A stretch of 64,000 bases of DNA from Nitrosopumilus sp. GTDB taxonomy: Archaea; Thermoproteota; Nitrososphaeria; Nitrososphaerales; Nitrosopumilaceae. Both the position numbers and the translations under genes were made by a program. Where the stretch lies: contig OZ242220.1 of NCBI GenBank assembly GCA_965206745.1, positions 1 through 64,000 on the forward strand. The letters run 5' to 3'. Below, piece by piece: positions 50,225-59,706 of the stretch; the stretch's first letter is position 1; every line of letters begins with the position of its first letter. Under the pieces are notes generated by a model that did no database searches, was not told the DNA's origin, and saw nothing but the letters and a program-made list of their open reading frames with translations.

Positions 50225-51691
50225 CTATTCCTTTTGGGACTCCTTGTCCTTGATGAATCCGCCCCCGACAGTATCGCCTAGATCTTCGGATGTTTTCTCT
50301 GCCGCAGCCGAATCCTCCTTGGGTTCCTCTGCGGGCTTTACAAATCCCCCCTCAACGGATTCTGGCGGAGGGATCTTTTTTGATCTTCCCAGTCCGATCG
50401 TGGTAATAATCACTGATGACAAGATAATAAAGAATATGAGCTGTGGGTATGCATCCGCATTTGGCAATCCCAAGGTAATCGGATATGTTGCAAGGACTGC
50501 CGCAGCCAGGCCCCTTGGTATCATGGAGTTTGTTACTGCCCTATCCAAAAGCGAGAATCTTTTTGTCAATGTTATCTTGCCGACAAACAATCTGCCAAAG
50601 TAGACGGCAACCGTAATGAGGACACCAAACACAAGATACTCTATCTGTCCAAAACTTGCCAGCAAGCCAACAAACACAAAGAAGAACGATCTTACCAAAA
50701 ATGTCAACTGATTGTGCGTGGGATCATCCATCTCAATCCTTGGGAGTTTGAATCGTAGTACGCGTGAGAGATGATTCTTGTTTCCAATCATCAGACCAAA
50801 CACCAGGGCAGTCAGTGCGCCGGACTCTCCAAATGAATTTGCCAAAAAGAACAGGACAAACAGGATTCCCAGTGTAAGCATGTATGCGTGTTGGGCATTG
50901 CCGAGCTTTGTCGATACATACATCCAGGGAATTCCCACCCCAAACCCAAGCACCAGTCCAACTATGACTGCTCTGCCAAGGGTCTCTTGCAGTGTCTGAA
51001 TATCAAAATGCCCGGCCAGTATTGCCTCAAACAGAATAAACGCAATAATTGTGGCCAAAATATCAGTTAATGCAGATTCAAAACTCAGCATCGACTTGGT
51101 CTCTTCTGAAATTTTGATGTTTCTTACCAGTCCAAACACGATCGCAGAACTGCTTCCCCCGACAATGGATCCCAGCAGAATACTCTCCAACCACAGCCAT
51201 CCTAATGCAAAGTGGGCGGCAAGTGAAATCATCACAACTGATAAAATAAAGCCAAGAATTGCAAGCGTAAATGAAAAGTGTGCAGTCTTCAAAACATGCT
51301 TGATATCCAGGTTCAGTCCCCCGTCAAACATGATGATAATCAACGCAAGGGCTGCAAAGTATGGTACCACCTGAATTACAGCTGCGGGCTGGATAATTCC
51401 AAATATGGGCCCGATAATCACGCCAAGAATCATTAGAAAAGCTACATCCGGAATCCCCGTTTTTTTGAAGAATGCCTCGCCGGCTACCCCTAGAAAGATC
51501 ACCACACCTGCAGCAAGCAGTATCACGTGAGCTTCGGCAATGGGCCCGTCATGGATAGAGAGCGTTCCAATCGAACTTTGCAACTCTGCAACTTTATCAA
51601 AAATCATACTCGAGTCAAAATCAGACAAGGGAAGCGAATCCCACGTCTGGCCGTCAAACAAATTCAAAATGGACAAAATTATGGGATTCAT
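50225..51691 (-). CDS. Cation:proton antiporter, CPA1/NhaP family
   Basis: IPDVAFLMILGVIIGP, MFDGGLNL, FESALTD, FFFVFVG, PRGLAAAVLA. Confidence 0.9.
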   Translation of the reverse strand: MNPIILSILNLFDGQTWDSLPLSDFDSSMIFDKVAELQSSIGTLSIHDGPIAEAHVILLAAGVVIFLGVAGEAFFKKTGIPDVAFLMILGVIIGPIFGIIQPAAVIQVVPYFAALALIIIMFDGGLNLDIKHVLKTAHFSFTLAILGFILSVVMISLAAHFALGWLWLESILLGSIVGGSSSAIVFGLVRNIKISEETKSMLSFESALTDILATIIAFILFEAILAGHFDIQTLQETLGRAVIVGLVLGFGVGIPWMYVSTKLGNAQHAYMLTLGILFVLFFLANSFGESGALTALVFGLMIGNKNHLSRVLRFKLPRIEMDDPTHNQLTFLVRSFFFVFVGLLASFGQIEYLVFGVLITVAVYFGRLFVGKITLTKRFSLLDRAVTNSMIPRGLAAAVLATYPITLGLPNADAYPQLIFFIILSSVIITTIGLGRSKKIPPPESVEGGFVKPAEEPKEDSAAAEKTSEDLGDTVGGGFIKDKESQKE

Positions 51692-51792
51692 TTATGACTG
51701 TTTGTAAATATATCGGGATAAAAGTCAAACTAGCCAATTCGGGATTTTTAGGCTCTAACTGATTTTTAAATGACATATTCCTGACCCATGCT

Positions 51793-52335
51793 GTGAGTGC
51801 CACAAATCAACTCCGTGCTGATCATGATCAGGTTCGCCGTCTAGAAAAAATAGTATCAAAATGTGCCGCCGAACTATACAAAGGAACCAGGGTTCCATTC
51901 TCAGATCTGACAAAAATCACGATAGTAATTTCGGAATTTGTCGACACCATTCACCATTCCAGGGAGGAGGACTCGTATTTTCCATGCGTTGCAAGCTATG
52001 ATTCCCTAAAAGATGAGATTCGAAAATTCATGATTGAGCATGAGTTTGGCAGGAATGTAGCTCGGCAGATATCACACCACCTAAAAAGATGGAAGAATGG
52101 GGAGGATGCCCAAGAACCTGTATCGCGATATTTGAGAACGTATGCCATATTCCTAAATGACCACCTCAACAAGGAAAACAAGTTCTTTGATACGGCAGAG
52201 GCAGAGGTCTTATCAAGGGAGGAAGAAGTTGAAATGTACGAGCAATACAGATCAGTCTTTGCCATAGTGAAAAAAGTTGAGGAGCTGATTGCAGACATTG
52301 ATTATCTGGAAGATCAGCCCTGGGCCAAAAATTAA
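51793..52335 (+). CDS. Hemerythrin-like (HHE) domain protein
   Basis: ADH, HHSREE..FP, EHE, HLNKE. Confidence 0.85.
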   Translation: MSATNQLRADHDQVRRLEKIVSKCAAELYKGTRVPFSDLTKITIVISEFVDTIHHSREEDSYFPCVASYDSLKDEIRKFMIEHEFGRNVARQISHHLKRWKNGEDAQEPVSRYLRTYAIFLNDHLNKENKFFDTAEAEVLSREEEVEMYEQYRSVFAIVKKVEELIADIDYLEDQPWAKN

Positions 52336-52347
52336 CGTAAGCTCTTT

Positions 52348-52887
52348 ATGGGTTATTTGGATATTTCACTCATGAAACCTTTCATTCTTTGGATGACCGG
52401 TCTTCCTTGTTCAGGAAAGACTACCATCGTAAAAGATCTGCAAAAAGACATTCCAAATCTGGCAATGCTTGACGGTGATGAGCTAAGAGAATGGTTCTCT
52501 CCAAAAGACTTTTCAAAGGCCGGACGTGACGAGCACAACAAAAAAGTTGCCCATTTGGCAAAGCTCTTGTTAAAACACGGCGTTCCAAGCGCAGTATCCC
52601 TTGTCTCACCATATGTTGAGAATAGGGAAAATGCCAAAGAGATCATCAATGCAGGCAATCAGTTTGCAGAGTGTTATGTCAAGTGCTCACTTGAAAAATG
52701 TGAAGAAAGAGATGTCAAAGGCATGTATGCCAAGGCCAGAAAGGGGGAAATCAAAGGATTTACGGGGATTGATGATCCCTACGAGGCTCCCGAAAAGGCC
52801 GATTTGGTAGTTGATACGGAACATGATTCACTTTCAGACAGTGCAGACAAGATCAAGGACTTTCTTAAGGAAAGAAACCTACTCTAA
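52348..52887 (+). CDS. cysC: Adenylyl-sulfate kinase
   Basis: WMTGLPCSGKT, LDGD, RDVKGMY, FTGIDDPYEAP; likely start 52372. Confidence 0.94.
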   Translation: MGYLDISLMKPFILWMTGLPCSGKTTIVKDLQKDIPNLAMLDGDELREWFSPKDFSKAGRDEHNKKVAHLAKLLLKHGVPSAVSLVSPYVENRENAKEIINAGNQFAECYVKCSLEKCEERDVKGMYAKARKGEIKGFTGIDDPYEAPEKADLVVDTEHDSLSDSADKIKDFLKERNLL

Positions 52888-53694
52888 TTTTTTAAATTCC
52901 TCAATTATTTTATCATGAATTAACCCGTTTGTTACCAGAATGCCGTTATGATGAAACACATCTTTGTTGTTGTATGTGATGTCGTTTCCTAGCATGTCCG
53001 TCATTCTTCCCCCTGCCTCTGAAATTATGCAATAAGAGGCAGCCGAATCCCATTCTTTCATTTTGTTTGTGGTCGTGATGTAGGCTTCAGCCTCACCCGA
53101 ACTTATCTTTCCCACCTTTAGCGAACTGCCTATGCTTGCAAAATCCTTGATGCCCAACTTCTTGATGAATGACTTTTCCCTGTCTGAGAGATGATGTCTT
53201 GAACCCACGGTCCTGCATTTTGAAATTTCTGAAACATTGGTTACAGATATCTTGTTCCATCCTCCACCTGAAAATCTGAATGCCCCGCTCCCCTTTTGGG
53301 CGACAAACAATGTTTTTTCTGTAGGCCATCCAATTACGCCAAGAATTGGTTTTTTATTTTTAATCAAGGAGATCATCACCGTAAATTCGCCTGTCTTGTC
53401 AATGAAATCAGAGGTCCCGTCAAGCGGGTCTACGATCCATATTGTCTCCTGCGATATTCTCTGCAAATCATCCTTATCCTCCTCAGATAAAATCCAGTGT
53501 TTTGTGTGGGACAGGACTTTTTTAATCACCTCATTACTCTTCAAATCCGCATCTGTAACTGGGGAATCGTCATTTTTTGTAGTTGTCTTGTAATCTTTTT
53601 GATAGATATCCAGAATCGCATCTCCGGCATCAATTGCGGCCTTGATGGCAATATCCAACTCCGGAATCTTGTTTGAAATGGGAATATCTTGCAA
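52879..53694 (-). CDS. cysQ: 3'(2'),5'-bisphosphate nucleotidase
   Basis: SPVTDAD, LSEE, WIVDPLDGT, GSSLK, EWDSAA. Confidence 0.9.
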   Translation of the reverse strand: MQDIPISNKIPELDIAIKAAIDAGDAILDIYQKDYKTTTKNDDSPVTDADLKSNEVIKKVLSHTKHWILSEEDKDDLQRISQETIWIVDPLDGTSDFIDKTGEFTVMISLIKNKKPILGVIGWPTEKTLFVAQKGSGAFRFSGGGWNKISVTNVSEISKCRTVGSRHHLSDREKSFIKKLGIKDFASIGSSLKVGKISSGEAEAYITTTNKMKEWDSAASYCIISEAGGRMTDMLGNDITYNNKDVFHHNGILVTNGLIHDKIIEEFKKLE

Positions 53695-53704
53695 TGGAGA
53701 TTAC

Positions 53705-53956
53705 CTAGGTTGTAAGTTCTGGCTTTAATGTCCAGACGACTCCAAGTACAATAAATGGAATTGACATTACTCCGATGATGGCAAGTATGGTGTTAAATTG
53801 TGCAGTTGACACCTCCGGATTGTTTATTATCCATGGCAAGGGCAGCGTTATGATTATCCAAATAATTCCCAAAAGTATGATTAGCTTTGCCTTTGCTTTT
53901 CTGTCTTTCATAGGATTTCCTCCTTTTGGCGTTGTATTAAATTCATCTGAACTCAT
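53705..53956 (-). CDS. Small membrane protein (2 TM)
   Basis: Start MSSDEF overlapping the SDR stop. Confidence 0.65.
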   Translation of the reverse strand: MSSDEFNTTPKGGNPMKDRKAKAKLIILLGIIWIIITLPLPWIINNPEVSTAQFNTILAIIGVMSIPFIVLGVVWTLKPELTT

Positions 53957-54696
53957 TTGATTGATTCCCCTCCATCCACAGTCAGTATTGCACCCGTGGT
54001 CCATGATGCATCATCTGAGGCAAAGTACAAGACTGCCTTTCCAATCTCATCAGGCTGCCCAATTCTGCCAATTGGGTGTTCATTATTCATGAATTCTCTG
54101 TCTTTTTCAGTCCCCAAGAATGGTTTTGTCATGTCTGTATCGACCACCCCGGGGCAGATGCAATTAACCCTGATCCCGTCTTTTGAGTACTCTAGTGCCC
54201 AGCACTTTGTCAATAGGATCAAGGCGGCCTTTGATGCAGAATATGCATCTGCATTGAACCCCTGGTATGCCTTTATCCCGGCATCTGATGATATGTTGAT
54301 TATTGACCCGGATGTTTTCTGCAAATGAGGAATTGCCTCCTTGGTAAATCTAAACTGCCCTGTGAGGTTTACATCCAAAACCCTGTTCCATTCTTCCTCG
54401 TCAATCTCATGTAATTTTTTTATCTCAGGAAATACTCCTGCATTGTTTACAAGAATATCCAATCTTCCAAATTTTTCAACCACCTTGCCCACGACATCTT
54501 TCACCTCGCCTGTAACCCTAATGTCTGCCACAATGCCTATGGAATTGGGAATCTCCTTTACTGCATTCTCCAATCTCTCCTTATTTTTTGCAGTGATTGC
54601 CACAGTAGCCCCGTTCTCTGAAAGAATCTTTGCAGTAGCCAGCCCAATTCCGCGACTCCCACCTGTTACTAGGGCAATTTTACCAGATAATCTCAA
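53953..54696 (-). CDS. SDR oxidoreductase (FabG-like)
   Basis: TGGSRGIG, NNAG, YSASK, IRVNCICPG, TVDGG. Confidence 0.9.
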   Translation of the reverse strand: MRLSGKIALVTGGSRGIGLATAKILSENGATVAITAKNKERLENAVKEIPNSIGIVADIRVTGEVKDVVGKVVEKFGRLDILVNNAGVFPEIKKLHEIDEEEWNRVLDVNLTGQFRFTKEAIPHLQKTSGSIINISSDAGIKAYQGFNADAYSASKAALILLTKCWALEYSKDGIRVNCICPGVVDTDMTKPFLGTEKDREFMNNEHPIGRIGQPDEIGKAVLYFASDDASWTTGAILTVDGGESIK

Positions 54697-54831
54697 TATT
54701 GTCTAGATTTAAAATCGTAATTTATAGATCTATTAATCAATTTTAGGCACAAAAAATTATACAAAATATGATGATTTTCTATAAAATTTAACATTAAATT
54801 TTAAATACTTGGAGTTGTTATAGTTGTTAAT

Positions 54832-55052
54832 GTCGAAAGATGTAATTACTATCGACTAAAACTGCGTAACCCCGCAGAACGAAAAAAGGTGATCAGACGT
54901 TAAACGACTGACAAAGAGAGGAAATCTCTCATTGTTCTGTAACAAAGGGGTATACGCCTTTTCAACTTTCTAAAAGTGCTTGTTGCATGACTCTGATTTT
55001 AGGCAATTGATGAATCGTTGATTTCTTTGTGGTCTGGCATCTCGTGCAACAA
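54832..55052 (+). ncRNA. Candidate structured non-coding RNA
   Basis: Stems with G-U pairs on the + strand: GCGTA-ACCCC-GCAGAAC/GTTCTGT..GGGGT-A-TACGC enclosing two hairpins; TTGTTGCATGA/TCGTGCAACAA; GTCGA/TCGAC. Confidence 0.5.
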
Positions 55053-55113
55053 ATCAAAATCATTCTATAGTGAATACAAATTTTAAAAAATAAACAAATA
55101 TACTAATTTACTA

Positions 55114-55181
55114 TATATGGTAATTAACCATATATAGTAATTAACCATATATAGTAATTAACCATATATAGTAATTAACTA
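55114..55181. repeat. 17-bp quasi-palindromic tandem repeat x4 (TATATAGTAATTAACCA)
   Basis: Units at 55114, 55131, 55148, 55165. Confidence 0.9.
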
Positions 55182-55210
55182 TATACTAACCAAGTATATA
55201 GTGAGATAAG

Positions 55211-55420
55211 TTGAGTTTAGAAAATCAGACAATTGTTAAAAGCGGTGAAACTTTTGAAATTAGTGGATTCTATTGTTATGATGGTCATATTTCTAAAAAC
55301 GGCGAAGAATGTTTTGTTCCAGACCCTTCTTATCTAAAATATTTTAAAAAAGGTGATGTCGGTTCAAAGTTGGGTTCATGTCCTCATGATATTAATTGGA
55401 TTCTTATATCTGCTCAATAG
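55211..55420 (+). CDS. YjzC-like small Cys/His protein
   Basis: KSGE...SGFY...C...KKGD...C...W pattern. Confidence 0.55.
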   Translation: MSLENQTIVKSGETFEISGFYCYDGHISKNGEECFVPDPSYLKYFKKGDVGSKLGSCPHDINWILISAQ

Positions 55421-55853
55421 CTTTTAATTCTTCTAAAGCTAAATCGTAATAGTCTCTTGTTGATTTATTTTCCATCCCTAACGCTTTTAAATTTTTAATT
55501 CTTCTAAAATAATCAATATACTCTATTTCATCATATGCATCTTGAAAATATGGCCCTATAATGTATAGATCATCTACAATTTGATCTAATATTTTTTTGG
55601 CGTGTTTATACTCTGCATTTGCACCTTTGATTAATATCAAATGTCTTTTGATAATTTTCTTAACCTTCTTCTTTTTTCTATCTTGTTTAATACGATCATA
55701 AAGAAAAGGTATGATTAATGCACTTGAAATGGAAAAAACAATCATAATCCAATTAAATTCTGATACAAAGTCGATCTTAACATAAAGTGAAATAATTATT
55801 ATGATCGCTGGAATCGGCAAACTGATCATTCCTAATTTAAATTCATTATTCAT
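55404..55853 (-). CDS. Hypothetical membrane protein (islet 3)
   Basis: 2 N-terminal TM plus basic cytoplasmic domain. Confidence 0.6.
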   Translation of the reverse strand: MNNEFKLGMISLPIPAIIIIISLYVKIDFVSEFNWIMIVFSISSALIIPFLYDRIKQDRKKKKVKKIIKRHLILIKGANAEYKHAKKILDQIVDDLYIIGPYFQDAYDEIEYIDYFRRIKNLKALGMENKSTRDYYDLALEELKAIEQI

Positions 55854-56009
55854 AATTTAACGATCTTTTCATAAAGTTATTTAATATAAGTAATAAGTAA
55901 CAATAATTTTTACCAAATTTTAAAATTATAATTCAATTTTGTGATGAATATTAATTTCATACTAGTGTAATTTATTGAATATATTGGAATCTAGATTTAT
56001 TTTTCTGCC

Positions 56010-56090
56010 ATGTCAGATGGTATTTTCTTAATCGTGACTTTATCTGTTGGAATTGTATTTTTGATCTTTATTGCCTACCTCATTGCATGA
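56010..56090 (+). CDS. 26-aa single-TM peptide
   Basis: MSDGIFLIVTLSVGIVFLIFIAYLIA*. Confidence 0.4.
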   Translation: MSDGIFLIVTLSVGIVFLIFIAYLIA

Positions 56091-56100
56091 TTCAATCAAT

Positions 56101-56512
56101 TTAGATGATTATTTGCCTCCCTGCACAGTCTAATCCAAACCATATTTTCTGAAATTATGTCAGTCACCTGGTTGTATGAAACAACCTTGAATTTCATCCC
56201 ATGTAACATGTTTTCCCTTTTTCGTGCCATCACGCTCTCTCAAACAACTCTTTATTGTAGCAAATGTGTCCCCAATCACCCATCTTTTTCCACAACCTGC
56301 AGTCTTTTTCCACTCAGTATTTGCATCTTTACTGCCATTGTACGCAGATACGATGAGGTATCACATCTGGAATTTTTTCGGACCGGAATCACAGCATATT
56401 TCCTCATGGTACAGGTGCTCAAATATTGTGGCCGCACGATATGTATCATCTGCCAACACCTAAGATACGGTGTTTCTTTTGCCTGACTCTTCAGCCAGAT
56501 CAATTAGATGCT
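56101..56512 (-). pseudogene. Degenerate IS5-family (IS903/ISH-type) transposase, C-terminal fragment
   Basis: Across frames: VLADDTY..IFEHL, AVIPVRKNS, EWKKTAGCGKRW, DTFATIK, ESVMARKRENM..KVVSYN, matching the DGAYD / WKK.GYG.RW..E..FS.IK pattern; stops and frameshifts. Confidence 0.75.
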
Positions 56513-56529
56513 TTTAGTTATGGAGTGGG

Positions 56530-56991
56530 CTATATCTGGGGGCGGACTGTACCATCGAAAAGATAAACTGATACCGAACCCAACGTTTCCCCGTTTGGAT
56601 CAATTACAATTGAAACTTCTTGCATGTCTGAAATGGAGATAGTTTTTTGCCCGTCATAATCCCATGTAAAATACTCTGAGATTCCAGTTTGATGGGGCAT
56701 TCCTACCCGCTGAAAATCTTCAGAAAAATTAAACGCATCCCCATTTATGGCAATTGATAAAACTTTTGGACTGCTGCCATTTGGAACAAAGCTGAAAAGA
56801 TATTCGCCTGGCTCAAGGGTAAAATTTTGAGTATAGACCCCATCAACGTAAAGATTAGGATCTGCAAGTGTCACATGAAATGCACTGACACTCTTCTCTG
56901 TTTTGTCTGATGAAAAAATTGCTAAAACAATTACTACTGTTGCAATTATGGGTATGATGATGATTTTTTTATTCAATAAGACACGTTCCAA
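56530..56991 (-). CDS. Membrane-anchored exported hypothetical protein
   Basis: N-terminal TM, beta-rich domain. Confidence 0.7.
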   Translation of the reverse strand: MERVLLNKKIIIIPIIATVVIVLAIFSSDKTEKSVSAFHVTLADPNLYVDGVYTQNFTLEPGEYLFSFVPNGSSPKVLSIAINGDAFNFSEDFQRVGMPHQTGISEYFTWDYDGQKTISISDMQEVSIVIDPNGETLGSVSVYLFDGTVRPQI

Positions 56992-57054
56992 ATTGCGTTA
57001 TAAAAATAAATTTCAATAGGCTTAAGTTCGTAAATATGGGGCAAATAGTAGCAA

Positions 57055-57342
57055 ATGGACTTTGTTTGTAAGAGATGTGGGTCTGTATTTTGTGCAGCAA
57101 ATAGGGAATCAACCTGCAAAGACTGCAGTATCCAGCTGGTCCTGCTAGATAAGCAGCTAAAGATCAATGATGGAAGAATAAAGAAACTCGAAGAGCATAA
57201 AAAATCCGAATTAAAAAATCCCAAATCAGAGAACGCCAAAACTCACCTAGAAACTATGCAGCGATTGGAGTATAATCTGCAACTTGAATACAAAAAACGT
57301 GATGGGATAATTAAGATGATAAACTCCAAGACCTCATTCTAG
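57055..57342 (+). CDS. Zinc-ribbon plus coiled-coil hypothetical protein
   Basis: CKRC...CKDC. Confidence 0.6.
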   Translation: MDFVCKRCGSVFCAANRESTCKDCSIQLVLLDKQLKINDGRIKKLEEHKKSELKNPKSENAKTHLETMQRLEYNLQLEYKKRDGIIKMINSKTSF

Positions 57343-57523
57343 ATCCCTCCATCACGGCTTCAAATTACGGCTATTTAGGAAGAGCATTTTTGAGCATCTT
57401 GCATTCATGTATCTGCCTTCAGGCCAAAATCATCAAAAAGCATCATTTTACTTAGTTATTTTTAATGTCCTGTTAACCATTATTTACACTGGAAATTAAG
57501 TACATATTCCTAAACTCAGACTC

Positions 57524-58171
57524 ATGTCCAATTTAACCAACAAATGGTCAAAGCAATCCCAGCCTAGTATTACTGAAAAAATTAACGATACCATCAAGCC
57601 TAAAGGTGCCTTAAAGCCAAGAGTGCAAGATGGGATTAAAAAATTACAATTACAAATTAAAAAATTAGATACCATGTTAACAAGTTTGCAGGAACGTGAT
57701 GCAAAGCTATTCCAACGAATCGTGGATGCAACGCAAAAACATGACACTCAAACAACCAAAGTTCTCGGAAATGAACTGGCTGAAGTTAGAAAGGTTACAA
57801 AAATTTTGAGTAGTGCCAGGATAGCGCTAGAACAGATAGAATTACGATTAACTACATGCAGTGATCTTGGAGACACCGTAGTAGCCATAATGCCAACAAT
57901 GGGACTGATGAAGAATCTCAAATCTTCCCTTGGAAAAATCATGCCTGGTGCTGAGCAAGAAATTGGCCAAATGGCAGAAATGCTTGGTGGCTTTATGACC
58001 GAAAGTTTCTCAGGGGATGCGGCATTTGGAATGGACCAGACATCCAGCGCAGAGTCTGAAAGCATCCTAAAGGAGGCCGCCGCTGTTGCTGAAAGTTCGG
58101 CAGGACAAATGTTCCCTTCGGTTCCAACAGATTCGGAAGAAGCAACAACCACCACCGCAAAATATCTTTAA
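57524..58171 (+). CDS. ESCRT-III/Snf7 family protein (CdvB paralog)
   Basis: LQERDAKLFQRIV...NELAEVRK...ALEQIELRL.T..DLGD; ILKEAAAVAE; no C-terminal wH. Confidence 0.88.
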   Translation: MSNLTNKWSKQSQPSITEKINDTIKPKGALKPRVQDGIKKLQLQIKKLDTMLTSLQERDAKLFQRIVDATQKHDTQTTKVLGNELAEVRKVTKILSSARIALEQIELRLTTCSDLGDTVVAIMPTMGLMKNLKSSLGKIMPGAEQEIGQMAEMLGGFMTESFSGDAAFGMDQTSSAESESILKEAAAVAESSAGQMFPSVPTDSEEATTTTAKYL

Positions 58172-58181
58172 TTCTGAAACC

Positions 58182-58646
58182 CTATTGATCAAATGAATCT
58201 CTGGATTCCTTGATTTTTCTGACTCTGCTGCCCTCATCATCAATCACCCTGTCAACACCAGAAAGCCTGTCCCTTAAGGTATTGATGATGGAGCCTACCT
58301 CGTCAGCCTCATTTTCCACCCTCAACCTCTTGTTGGCAAGCTCTGCAATTCCCTTGTTTTCCTCCTCTATGTATTCACTGACTTTCTGAAGCTTTTCTTT
58401 GAGATTCTTAATATCGACTGATTCCTCTTCAATGTCCTTTTCAAGCAGTGTTCTCTTATCTTTGAGATTTTTAATCATTAAACCAACGTAATCTATTGCC
58501 TCTTCCAATTTTGCCCGTTTTGTCATCAACTCCCCAATTCCAATTTGACTGGAAGTCTCTACCGTAGAACTGGATTCTTCAGCACCGGCATTCTCACTTT
58601 TCTCCTCTACCATCTCTCCTCCCTCATTTTTGAATTTGTCAAACAT
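58182..58646 (-). CDS. Coiled-coil protein
   Basis: Long heptad pattern; convergent with the CdvB paralog. Confidence 0.72.
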   Translation of the reverse strand: MFDKFKNEGGEMVEEKSENAGAEESSSTVETSSQIGIGELMTKRAKLEEAIDYVGLMIKNLKDKRTLLEKDIEEESVDIKNLKEKLQKVSEYIEEENKGIAELANKRLRVENEADEVGSIINTLRDRLSGVDRVIDDEGSRVRKIKESRDSFDQ

Positions 58647-59130
58647 TTTATGATTTACTTTCCAAAATGGGAATAAAAAGTTACATTAGATCTCAAAGCT
58701 GACCTTGTGAATGATTTTTAGTCAATCAAAGAGAAAGGTGATTTTTCACCGGATTGATCTTTTGAATTCCCAGGCCAAACCAATGAATTTTCCTGAATTG
58801 GTGATTGATTCTCCAATTTGCAGTAATCTGAGATTCTGAGCCATCTCAGGAATTGACAGGCCAAGCTGTAAACTAGATCCGTTTCTGCATCTTTTCCAGA
58901 AAATACCATGAATCTGGGGCTTCTTTGCCCAAATATCCCCTCATCCCTTGAAATATCCCGCAGATCTTCTCCCAATTTTGATGCTTTTCCATCAAAAATG
59001 ATGATTTCCTGCACTGATATGCCTTGTAATTGGCACAACCCAAAGAGATTTGGTCATCAAATGAGTAGTTCTCTGCAAATCCACACCTGTTAGACCCTTC
59101 AGGCAACGCAGAGGCCCGTCTAAACCTCCC

Positions 59131-59380
59131 CAAAATGACAAAATTCAGGAATTATCCTGTTCCTTATATGCTAAAATTTGGCAAATTGACATAAAATTTG
59201 GCAAAATGGAACATTTTCTGTCAAAATATTCCAAAATGACATTTTTTTAGAAAAATGACGTTTTTTTGAATCAATTTTTAGGCGTAATTTTTTCATTCAT
59301 TTTTCAAAATCTCGAAAATGGAGCAATTTTTCTAGTAAAATTGGTGTTCCGCTATGCGTTCCGCTATAAAGTTTCAAAAT
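59131..59380. promoter_or_regulatory. AAAAT-rich repeated-motif region upstream of wHTH operon
   Basis: TAAAATTTGGCAAA at 59172 and 59192; CAAAATGAC repeated; GTTCCGCTAT at 59346 and 59358. Confidence 0.5.
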
Positions 59381-59414
59381 GTTCCTCATAAACCCCTCCA
59401 TTCTATACTAGAGC

Positions 59415-59702
59415 ATGTCAAAACAACAATACAGGTCCGAAATGGGCATAATGGGCGATATCTTAGACGTGACTGCCGATGGCGGTCGTGGGGGAGTCAT
59501 TGTATCTGCAATCTCTCGCAAAGCCAACCTGTCTCACTATGCAGTACTAGACAAATGTGAGAAACTAGTAGAAGCAGGCTTGGTCGAATCCGTCAAAAAC
59601 GACAGGAACAGGGTCTTTTTGATTACTGAAAAAGGACTCTTGTTTTTTCAGGAATTCAAGAAATTTCAGGGACTAGTCGAAAGCATGAATCTAAGGTATT
59701 GA
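59415..59702 (+). CDS. Winged-helix transcriptional regulator (HTH_45-like)
   Basis: YRSEMGIMGDIL...ISRKANLSH...LVEAGLV...ITEKG. Confidence 0.85.
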   Translation: MSKQQYRSEMGIMGDILDVTADGGRGGVIVSAISRKANLSHYAVLDKCEKLVEAGLVESVKNDRNRVFLITEKGLLFFQEFKKFQGLVESMNLRY

Positions 59703-59706
59703 GCAT

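Larger units (their letters stand above)
54702..55999. mobile_element. AT-rich islet 3 (~1.3 kb), possible 10-bp direct repeat TCTAGATTTA at its ends
   Basis: Copies at 54702-54711 and 55990-55999; AT shift; no mobility gene inside. Confidence 0.45.

Noticed and set aside
54864-54957. Hammerhead ribozyme
   Set aside because: Three-way junction present, but no correctly placed CUGANGA/GAAA core on either strand.
58718-59133. Overlapping minus-strand ORFs as genes
   Set aside because: No recognisable motifs and competing frames; cannot be supported.
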